A stretch of 64,000 nucleotides of DNA from contig JBAZVL010000009.1 of the NCBI GenBank assembly GCA_041660905.1, positions 13,338 through 77,337 of the forward strand, in the 5' to 3' direction. Made by a program: the position numbers and the translations under genes. This document shows positions 1 to 7,124 of this stretch, piece after piece. Source of the stretch: Gallionella sp. Lineage in GTDB: Bacteria; Pseudomonadota; Gammaproteobacteria; Burkholderiales; Gallionellaceae. Each line of letters starts with the position of its first letter. Position 1 is the stretch's first letter. The notes under the pieces are model-generated. The model saw only the letters and a list, made by a program, of their open reading frames with translations. It was not told the origin of the DNA and did no database searches.

Positions 1-263
1 AGGCGATGCTGGGTTGTACGTTGCCGGTAGATCTGCCGGAAGGCTCCGTGAATATCACCATACCGGCAGGTTCTGTCGCCGGTCGTCAGTTGCGGCTAAA
101 GGGCAGAGGAATACCCGGCCAGCCGCCGGGCGATCTCTATGCGGTGTTGTCTGTCGTGCAACCGCAGGCCGTCAGCGAAGCCGAAATACAGGCTTATCGC
201 AGCATGGCGGAAGCTTTCAATCGTTTTAATCCAAGGTCAGCCATGAAAGAGAATTCGCTATGA
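1..263 (+). CDS. cbpA: Curved DNA-binding protein CbpA (DnaJ-like co-chaperone), C-terminal fragment; 5' end lies outside the window
   Basis: Frame is open from the window start. The tail ...RLKGRGIPGQPPGDLYAVLSVVQP...AYRSMAEAF resembles the C-terminal domain of DnaJ/CbpA. A cbpM-like gene follows with an ATGA overlap. Confidence 0.75.
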   Translation, partial: AMLGCTLPVDLPEGSVNITIPAGSVAGRQLRLKGRGIPGQPPGDLYAVLSVVQPQAVSEAEIQAYRSMAEAFNRFNPRSAMKENSL

Positions 264-586
264 ACAATATCCTCGCAGGTTCAGTCATCGAGGAGGAAAA
301 CTGTCTGACCCTCGTCGAGTTGTGCGCGGCCAGCAGCGCCTCGGAAGAGCATGTGATTTCCTGGGTCATCGAAGGGGCGCTGGAACCGCGAGGGGATACG
401 CCAGAGGACTGGCAATTTCCTGGGCATGCGTTAAGGCGCACCCGACTGGCGCTGTCGTTTGCCTGCAATCTGGAGATTAACCCGCCGGGCGTGGCCTTAG
501 CCCTCGATTTGCTGGATCAGATCGCCGATTTAAAAGCCCGTCTGCGCAGATCCGGGTGTCACTCCCCAGCGGGGCGCAGGTTATGA
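260..586 (+). CDS. cbpM: Chaperone modulatory protein CbpM (MerR-like fold)
   Basis: 108 aa. The pattern LTLVELCAASSASEEHVISWVIEGALEP...WQF...LRRTRLALSF...LEINPPGVALALDLLDQI is typical of CbpM. ATG 260-262 overlaps the cbpA TGA at 261-263. Confidence 0.7.
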   Translation: MNNILAGSVIEEENCLTLVELCAASSASEEHVISWVIEGALEPRGDTPEDWQFPGHALRRTRLALSFACNLEINPPGVALALDLLDQIADLKARLRRSGCHSPAGRRL

Positions 587-1593
587 GTCCCATATATCTT
601 GGCAAACTGTCCGAAGGCGATCCCTTGCACGGTTATCTAAAGCACGATATTCAGCCGCAGATCAGCGGCGAGTGCGGCAGTGCCGGGTATCGCGTGTTCC
701 GTTTAAACGGTTCAAATGACGTTTATCTGTATGAAAACCGCGATGACGGCAGCAAGGTGGTCGGCAAGTTCTTTCGCTCTTTACGGAAAAGGGGGGTTGT
801 GAAGGCCGCCTCCAACCTGAGCCGTGAATTCGCCAACCTGTGCAAGATGCGAGATTTCGGGATGACCGGCTATCCACACGATGTCGTCAGACCCTTGGGC
901 TGCAATTACGCGATGAACGCGTTGCTGGTGACCGAATGTTGCGAGGGCGAATTGTTGAGTCAGGTGATATTGGATGCGCTGCAGTATGGCGACTACGGCA
1001 AGCTGTATCGCAAGCTGACCGCGCTGGCCTATTTTTTAGCGTCCTTTCACAACAAAACCGCCACGGGTGCCGGGGTCGATTTCAATCAGGACTGCAGCTA
1101 CATGGACAGCCTGATCGCCAAGTTGCGCGGGATTTCGGCAATAGGCGGGAGCGAGGCGCAGGAATTGTATGGCTTGCGCGATCAGTGGCGCAGGACGCCA
1201 CGCATGTGGGAAGACCAGAGGGTGCTGGTGCACGGCGACGCGACGCCTGAAAACTTTATGTTTGGCCGTGGGCTTAAGGTGGTGACCTTCGATCTGGAAC
1301 GGACTAAATACGCGGATCGCGTCTTCGACACAGGTCGTATCGCAGGCGAGTTGAAGCACTTCTTCATGCGCGCCACGGGCAGCCGGCATGCGGCCGACCC
1401 GTTTATCGGTCATTTTCTCTGGGAATATGCCTGCCATTTTCCGAACCGCGACAGCGCCTTTGAATCGATTTCCGGCAGAACACCGTTTTATATGGGGATT
1501 ACCCTGTTGCGCATTGCACGCAACCACTGGATAGACAACGACTATCGACGTCGCCTGATCGATGAGGCTCGTGAATGTCTGGTGAGGCGCTGA
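583..1593 (+). CDS. Aminoglycoside/choline-kinase-like (APH fold) phosphotransferase family protein
   Basis: The ORF is open from 556. The preferred ATG at 583 overlaps the cbpM stop (ATGA). It carries the Brenner-type catalytic motif HGDATPENFMF followed by FDLE. Confidence 0.7.
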   Translation: MSPIYLGKLSEGDPLHGYLKHDIQPQISGECGSAGYRVFRLNGSNDVYLYENRDDGSKVVGKFFRSLRKRGVVKAASNLSREFANLCKMRDFGMTGYPHDVVRPLGCNYAMNALLVTECCEGELLSQVILDALQYGDYGKLYRKLTALAYFLASFHNKTATGAGVDFNQDCSYMDSLIAKLRGISAIGGSEAQELYGLRDQWRRTPRMWEDQRVLVHGDATPENFMFGRGLKVVTFDLERTKYADRVFDTGRIAGELKHFFMRATGSRHAADPFIGHFLWEYACHFPNRDSAFESISGRTPFYMGITLLRIARNHWIDNDYRRRLIDEARECLVRR

Positions 1594-2336
1594 TGATCAT
1601 CAAAGCGATTATTTTCGATGTCAATGGCACGCTGATTGATATTCGCACCAATGAATGGCACGACGAGGTGTATCGCGTCATCAGCAATCTGCTCTCGTAT
1701 CAGGGCGTCCTGCTCAAACCCGAGATGGTCAAGGAATTGTATTTTCAGCTGATGAAGGCGCAGCGTAAGGCTTACGGCGAGCGGCACCCTGAATTCGATG
1801 CCATCGATATTTTTCGCCGGATTATTGTTTTGCAAGCGAGCGATTTTACCCGCAGCCTGCCGGCCGAGAAGCTCGAACAATTGCCGAGGTTGCTGGCCGA
1901 AGCTCACCGCGCCGCCTCTTGCCTCAGTTTGCAGACTTATCCGGACGTCATCGAGGTCCTTGAGCAACTACATGAAAGCTATCGTCTGGCGATTATCACC
2001 GACGCACAGGTCGCCTATGCCATTCCGGAACTCAATGCCGTCGGCCTGTCGGGATATTTCAATCCTGTCATCATCTCGGAACACTTCGGTTACCGTAAGC
2101 CAGACAAGCGTCTGTTCATGGCGGCGCTGACCGATATGGGTTTAAATGCCTCGGAAGTGGTGTATGTCGGCAACGACATGTACCGCGATGTATACGGGGC
2201 GCAGAGTATGGGGATTAAAACGGTATTCTTCAAATCGAATCAGGGCACACAGGAAAAAGAGGGCGTCAAAGCGGATTACATTATTTACAATTTTTCCGAA
2301 TTGCATAACGCCATCCGTTTTTTTGAGCGTCGTTAA
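1593..2336 (+). CDS. HAD superfamily hydrolase (motif I variant D-x-N)
   Basis: HAD motif I is IIFDVNGTL and the late motif is VGNDMYRDV. ATG 1593 shares one base with the upstream TGA (1591-1593). An alternative ATG lies at 1575. Confidence 0.8.
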   Translation: MIIKAIIFDVNGTLIDIRTNEWHDEVYRVISNLLSYQGVLLKPEMVKELYFQLMKAQRKAYGERHPEFDAIDIFRRIIVLQASDFTRSLPAEKLEQLPRLLAEAHRAASCLSLQTYPDVIEVLEQLHESYRLAIITDAQVAYAIPELNAVGLSGYFNPVIISEHFGYRKPDKRLFMAALTDMGLNASEVVYVGNDMYRDVYGAQSMGIKTVFFKSNQGTQEKEGVKADYIIYNFSELHNAIRFFERR

Positions 2337-2381
2337 CCGGGACGAAATCGTCTCTGAAATTTAAGCTATGCGGAGCAATCA

Positions 2382-2597
2382 ATGTTGAATGTTTATCAAA
2401 AATCCGAGCGCGTGTTGATCGTCAAAAAGATCAGGCGTGAGATGAATAATCTGCGGGAGGAGCTGCAAGAATGCCGTTACCATTTCGAGCGTAAGGTTGA
2501 GCTAAGAACTGAGCACTTGTTAAAACGCATCGCGGAACTGGAGTCCTGCAATGCCGGTCTTTGCGATCAGCTTGCCGGAACGAGCCCAACAAGCTGA
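2382..2597 (+). CDS. Hypothetical small coiled-coil protein (71 aa)
   Basis: An ORF with a charged heptad-like sequence (REELQECRYHFERKVELRTEHLLKRIAELE). No family was recognised. Confidence 0.3.
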   Translation: MLNVYQKSERVLIVKKIRREMNNLREELQECRYHFERKVELRTEHLLKRIAELESCNAGLCDQLAGTSPTS

Positions 2598-2649
2598 TGT
2601 TTTCAGTTGAGATAAATTATTGTTTTTTCTTAATGTATTGAATTTATTG

Positions 2650-3444
2650 TTATTTTGCAATTCCACCGGGATAGCAAAGCCCGCCGGTAATCTCTATCGT
2701 AGTCGCATTGAGGGCTTCATTCTCGACGCAAAAAGCGATCATGGCGGCAATTTCATCCGGCTCCAGCAGACGCCCCAGATGGACATCTTTGACGATCGCC
2801 TGCAGCGCATCCTGATTCATTGCGGTAAGCATGGGCGTCGCGGTATAGCCCGGGGCAATACCGACACAGCGAATGTGACGAATGCCGCGCATCAGGAATT
2901 CACCGATGATAATTTTCGGCATCAGCGCATCGGCCACCTTGCTTGCCGAGTAGTTGATCTGACCTACCTGACCTACCTTGTTGACCGAAGAGATCGGTAC
3001 CAGGAGCCCGGGCCAGCCGCCGTTCACCATCGCCTCGGCTGCATCGCGCAGCGTCAGAAACGTGCCGGTGAGATTGACATCGATTACCGCTTGCCAGCGA
3101 TCCAGCCCCATCTTGCGAGAAACCTGTCCGGTCTCATGGTCCAGTGACAGCATCAGGCCATCTCGTATGATGCCGGCTGCGCTGACCACTACGTTCAGTT
3201 TGCCGAAGGCTTCCAGCGTACCTCTGATGAATTTAGCGGTGTCCGCTTCGCGGGTCACATCGGCCTGTATGCCGATCACCTCGCCACCTGTCTGTTTGAT
3301 GTCGGCGACGACGCGATCTATGTTTTTCTGCACGCTGTCGATGATAGCTACTTTTGCCCCTCGCCTTGCAAAGTAACGGGCTATCGCTTCACCGATTCCG
3401 CCGGCACCGCCGGTGATGAGTACAACGCAATTTTTGATTTCCAT
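2650..3444 (-). CDS. Short-chain dehydrogenase/reductase (3-oxoacyl/3-hydroxyacyl reductase-like)
   Basis: The N-terminal Rossmann motif VVLITGGAGGIGEAIA and the YSASK catalytic motif are present. 264 aa. Confidence 0.85.
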   Translation of the reverse strand: MEIKNCVVLITGGAGGIGEAIARYFARRGAKVAIIDSVQKNIDRVVADIKQTGGEVIGIQADVTREADTAKFIRGTLEAFGKLNVVVSAAGIIRDGLMLSLDHETGQVSRKMGLDRWQAVIDVNLTGTFLTLRDAAEAMVNGGWPGLLVPISSVNKVGQVGQINYSASKVADALMPKIIIGEFLMRGIRHIRCVGIAPGYTATPMLTAMNQDALQAIVKDVHLGRLLEPDEIAAMIAFCVENEALNATTIEITGGLCYPGGIAK

Positions 3445-3487
3445 CGTTTTTCTCCTGTTATCTGATTTGAAGTGCGCGGCTGCGGCG

Positions 3488-3808
3488 TTATCGTGTTTGT
3501 TGGGCGCACGAGCTGCTGTCGCCCGGCCAGTTGATGAAATTGGGATGTGTCACGTCAGGACCTACCATTTTCATTCCGCTCACCAAACCGGGATGTGCGA
3601 CATCCGGCCCGACAATATTGACGCCCACCGGATAAATGATCCGTATCAACGCCTCGGCCTGAGCCATGGCATCGCAATCGCTCTGCGTGCCGAACAGTGC
3701 CGCGCCCACCTGGGCTGTTTTGCCATTGGCAAGTTGGCGGCTGATATTCCAGCCGGTGCCGGTCGTGGTGATAGAAAATTCGATATCGTTGTAAGTAAAG
3801 GTTTTCAT
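3488..3808 (-). CDS. Hypothetical protein (106 aa) between the thiolase-like and SDR genes
   Basis: The ORF starts 12 nt after the thiolase-like stop and has an internal duplication (VGPDVAHPGLV / VGPDVTHPNFI). No family was recognised. Confidence 0.45.
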   Translation of the reverse strand: MKTFTYNDIEFSITTTGTGWNISRQLANGKTAQVGAALFGTQSDCDAMAQAEALIRIIYPVGVNIVGPDVAHPGLVSGMKMVGPDVTHPNFINWPGDSSSCAQQTR

Positions 3809-3820
3809 GGTTGCCCCGGA

Positions 3821-5062
3821 TTAACGTTTTCTTAAAACTGTCACGCAATTGGTGACAGAGGAGCCGCCGACATTGAACACCACGCCGATGTCGGCTTTTT
3901 TGGCCTTGACGCCGATTGCCTCACCGATGAGTTGTTTGTAGATCAGCGTGTGCATGGAGGCTCCTGTCGCGCCCACCGGATGCCCCTTGGACTTCAGGCC
4001 GCCGGACAGGTTGACCGCGATGCGGTCGTCTCTGGTGTATCGACCGTCCAGATAGTCATAGCCTGCGCGTCCGTCCTGTGAGAAACCCAGCGCTTCGACA
4101 CAGAGAATCTGGTTGATGGTGAAGCAGTCGTGCACTTCGGCTAAATCGATGTCGGATGCGCTGATACCCGCTTCCTTGTAAGCCTTGGCAACGGCGTCTT
4201 TGCCTGCCATCAGTTCGTGCATATTGGGGCGCACGCTTTCGGCTAACCGTTCAACCGAATGGCCTATCCCCGCGATTTCCACGGCGCGGTGCGGGTCGCT
4301 GACCGCTGAAGTCAGCGTGACAACCAGCGCTGCTGCGCCATCGGAAACCAGTGAACAGTCGTGCAGGCGCAGCGGATCGGCGATCATCATGTTTTTGCAC
4401 TTGCCGCGCGCATCGGGTTGATTGAGGCTGATGATCTCCTCGACGCTGGCCGGGCCGTGTTTCATGTGCGCGAGCGGGTTTTCCGCACCGTTCTTGTATC
4501 CCAATGCGCCGACCGTCCAGAGCATGCGTTCGAACTCTTCGTTTGCTATGCCGTAGTGATCCCGATAGCCACGGGCGTAGGCGGCAAACAGCATCGGAAA
4601 TGACCAGCCCTTGGAACCCTCGCTGGGCCAGTGTGAACAGCAGGCCAAAACATGCGTCATCTGAGGCGTGGGCAGCAGATTCATTTTTTCGACACCGATA
4701 ACCAGCACACGGCGCGCTCGTCCCGCCTCCAAAGCGTAGATGGCGTTGTAGAGCGCCACCGAAGATGAGGCGCAAGCGCTCTCGCAGCGCGTCATCGGTT
4801 TGAAGCGCAGCGCCGGATCGATCTCTGCCGCAATGGGCGCGACATGCTCCTGATTGACGAACAGGGCAGGGGAGGAAGAGCCTATGTAGATGGCGTCGAT
4901 GTCTTTTGCCTCTAAGCCAGCATCCGCGATGGCACCGCGCCCGGCTTCGATCAGCAGCTGATAATAGGTGCGTGTATCGGTAACCAGTCCTGTCTTTTTA
5001 TCCCTGACGACAAAGGCGCCGAACTCGGTGTTATAGGCACCGATAATGCTGGCTTTGCTCAT
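3821..5062 (-). CDS. Thiolase-like protein (SCP-x / nonspecific lipid-transfer type thiolase domain)
   Basis: Thiolase-fold motifs are present (IGSSSP..., CESACASSSVAL active-site Cys region, C-terminal GHPVGATG and NVGGSS). ATG 5062 has the RBS AAAGGA 5 nt upstream. The ORF-track start at 5080 is a TTG. Confidence 0.85.
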   Translation of the reverse strand: MSKASIIGAYNTEFGAFVVRDKKTGLVTDTRTYYQLLIEAGRGAIADAGLEAKDIDAIYIGSSSPALFVNQEHVAPIAAEIDPALRFKPMTRCESACASSSVALYNAIYALEAGRARRVLVIGVEKMNLLPTPQMTHVLACCSHWPSEGSKGWSFPMLFAAYARGYRDHYGIANEEFERMLWTVGALGYKNGAENPLAHMKHGPASVEEIISLNQPDARGKCKNMMIADPLRLHDCSLVSDGAAALVVTLTSAVSDPHRAVEIAGIGHSVERLAESVRPNMHELMAGKDAVAKAYKEAGISASDIDLAEVHDCFTINQILCVEALGFSQDGRAGYDYLDGRYTRDDRIAVNLSGGLKSKGHPVGATGASMHTLIYKQLIGEAIGVKAKKADIGVVFNVGGSSVTNCVTVLRKR

Positions 5063-5111
5063 AGTGTCCTTTCGATACAAAACTTATTAATAATCAGATT
5101 ATTATCTTTAA

Positions 5112-5188
5112 CCTGCTTCCTGCTTCCTGCTTCCTGCTTCCTGCTTCCTGCTTCCTGCTTCCTGCTTCCTGCTTCCTGCTTCCGGCTT
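5112..5188. repeat. Heptanucleotide microsatellite (CCTGCTT)x10 perfect plus one degenerate unit (CCGGCTT)
   Basis: Counted directly: units start at 5112 and recur every 7 nt to 5181, then CCGGCTT. It is intergenic, 50 bp from the thiolase-like ATG (minus strand) and about 250 bp upstream of the tpsB start. Confidence 0.95.
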
Positions 5189-5398
5189 TCAGCTGTCCGC
5201 GCACTCGCCGCTCAGGGCGGGTGCGCTGTTGAACAGTACCGCTTGTCGCAGTGCGGGATAGTGCGCGAACGCACATAGCGAAGAGGTATTCCGGTTTGTT
5301 GCGCACAGTAGCTGTCTGGTCAATGGTGTGCTTTGTGCGCCAGGGCACCGACCGGGCAGGACGATCTCAAGCAAAGTCCGCCCTCACGTGAACTCTGC

Positions 5399-5416
5399 CC
5401 CCGCAGGTTTGCGGGG
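5399..5416 (+). promoter_or_regulatory. Stem-loop CCCCGCA-GGTT-TGCGGGG in the tpsB leader
   Basis: A 7-bp GC-rich stem with a GGTT loop, about 12 nt upstream of the GGAGG RBS of tpsB. Function unknown. Confidence 0.3.
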
Positions 5417-5437
5417 CTGTCACCTTCGGAGGTTGTC

Positions 5438-7096
5438 GTGCAAAAAAACAGATGGATCGCCTGTAGCCTGCTGCTCTTTAGCCAGAGTCCGCTGGCTGCG
5501 CAACCGCCCAATGCGGCGAGTCAAATTCAGCAAATTCCGGCTTCGCCAGTGCGGCAGCCGGCCTTAGAGGATACGGCGATTAGCCCGGTCGAACCGGCTG
5601 CGATTGAACAGGCTTACGAGGATAAAATTCGTGTGGACGTTCTGAAAATTGCCGGCGCACAGGCTTACCCAGAAGAAGTATTGCTGGGTGTTGCCGGTTT
5701 CAAAGCGGGGGATGAATTGACGCTGAACGCCTTGCGATCCATGACCAAAAAGATCGCAGATTATTATCACCGCAACGGTTATTTCGTGGCGCAAGCTTAT
5801 CTCCCTGTACAGGATATCAAGGAGGGGCGAGTGATCATCGCCGTGCTTGAGGGGCAATACGGTGACCTGATGCTGCGCAACCGGAGCACGCTCACTGACG
5901 ATCTGGCACACCGGATGCTGAACGGTCTACACCATAACGATCCGATCACCGCAGCGCCTCTGGAACATGCATTGCTGTCGCTGTCAGACATACCAGGCAT
6001 CAAAGTTCAGTCCACCCTGATTCCGGGCACTAATCAGGGGTATTCAGATTTGATCGTTGAGGTTGCGGACGGTCCGCGCATCTCGGGCAGCATCGATGCC
6101 GATAATGCCGGCAATCGTTACACCGGTGAGGGTCGTATCGGCGCGACGCTTAACCTCAATAATCCGGCGGGACTCGGCGATCAGGCCACACTGCGCGGCT
6201 TGACTTCGATATCCGGGCTGAACTATCTACGCGCCGCCTATCAGTCCCGCATCGGTAATGCAAAGGCGGGCATCGCGTACAGCCGCTTAGATTACGCGCT
6301 GGGGCGCGATTTCGCCGGTTTATCCGCTCATGGCACGGCCAGCATCGTGACGCTGTATGGCAATTATCCGCTGATCCGCTCGCGCAATAACAACCTTAAC
6401 ACGCAGATTTCATTGGAGAGTCGCGCCTTTCAGGACAAGGTCGATCTCACCTCCAGCGTCACCGATAAAAAATCTCAGGTATTGATGCTCAGTCTGTACG
6501 GCGATCATCGCGACAACCGGGGCGCGGGCGGCTTCAACGCCTATACCCTGAGCTGGACTACGGGACAGCTGAATTTGCAAAGCCCTGCCATGCAAAGCCT
6601 GGATGCCGCAACGGCGCAGAGCAATGGTCGTTACAACAAACTGGGTTTTGGTGCGATTCGTTTGCAAGGCGTGAGCACCGCTGCTTCGTTGTACCTCTCG
6701 TTCAGCGGGCAACTGGCCGGTAAGAATCTGGATGTGTCGGAAAAAATGCAGCTGGGTGGCATGAACGGCGTGCGCGCCTATCCTGAAGGCGAAGCTTATG
6801 CGGATCAGGGATATTTGATGAATCTGGAGGCCAGATATCAGCTGAATAATTTTTCTTCAGGGGTAATGCAGTTGATCGGTTTTGTCGATGCAGGCAGCGT
6901 GAACAGCAATAAATACCAGTGGGCTGCGGGTGCCAATCGCACCACTTTAAGCGGTGCGGGTGTCGGGGTGAACTGGAGCGCTACCCGTAGTTTGGTGGTG
7001 AAAGCGTTTTACGCTCGCAAACTGGGTAATGCAATCGCGCAGTCCGCGCCGGATAGCGCAGGGCGTTTCTGGATACAGGCCGTCCAGTATTTTTAA
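5438..7096 (+). CDS. ShlB/FhaC/HecB family two-partner-secretion outer-membrane transporter (TpsB)
   Basis: POTRA-like N-terminal region, 16-strand barrel-type sequence and a terminal ...GRFWIQAVQYF. GTG 5438 is preceded by GGAGG and followed by a signal peptide (WIACSLLLFSQSPLAA). The ORF is open from 5333. Confidence 0.9.
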   Translation: MQKNRWIACSLLLFSQSPLAAQPPNAASQIQQIPASPVRQPALEDTAISPVEPAAIEQAYEDKIRVDVLKIAGAQAYPEEVLLGVAGFKAGDELTLNALRSMTKKIADYYHRNGYFVAQAYLPVQDIKEGRVIIAVLEGQYGDLMLRNRSTLTDDLAHRMLNGLHHNDPITAAPLEHALLSLSDIPGIKVQSTLIPGTNQGYSDLIVEVADGPRISGSIDADNAGNRYTGEGRIGATLNLNNPAGLGDQATLRGLTSISGLNYLRAAYQSRIGNAKAGIAYSRLDYALGRDFAGLSAHGTASIVTLYGNYPLIRSRNNNLNTQISLESRAFQDKVDLTSSVTDKKSQVLMLSLYGDHRDNRGAGGFNAYTLSWTTGQLNLQSPAMQSLDAATAQSNGRYNKLGFGAIRLQGVSTAASLYLSFSGQLAGKNLDVSEKMQLGGMNGVRAYPEGEAYADQGYLMNLEARYQLNNFSSGVMQLIGFVDAGSVNSNKYQWAAGANRTTLSGAGVGVNWSATRSLVVKAFYARKLGNAIAQSAPDSAGRFWIQAVQYF

Positions 7097-7124
7097 GATG
7101 GCACACCTTGGTAGGGGTGATGAA

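Noticed and set aside
3819-3836. 11-nt identity (CCGGATTAACG) between this site and the 46861-46871 hairpin arm
   Set aside because: Matches of this length are expected many times by chance in 64 kb on both strands. There is no extended similarity.
5094-5348. 84-aa minus-strand ORF containing (QEAGSRK)n
   Set aside because: It is simply a translation of the 7-bp microsatellite, which has no stops in any frame. There is no RBS and no family, and it lies in the divergent promoter region.
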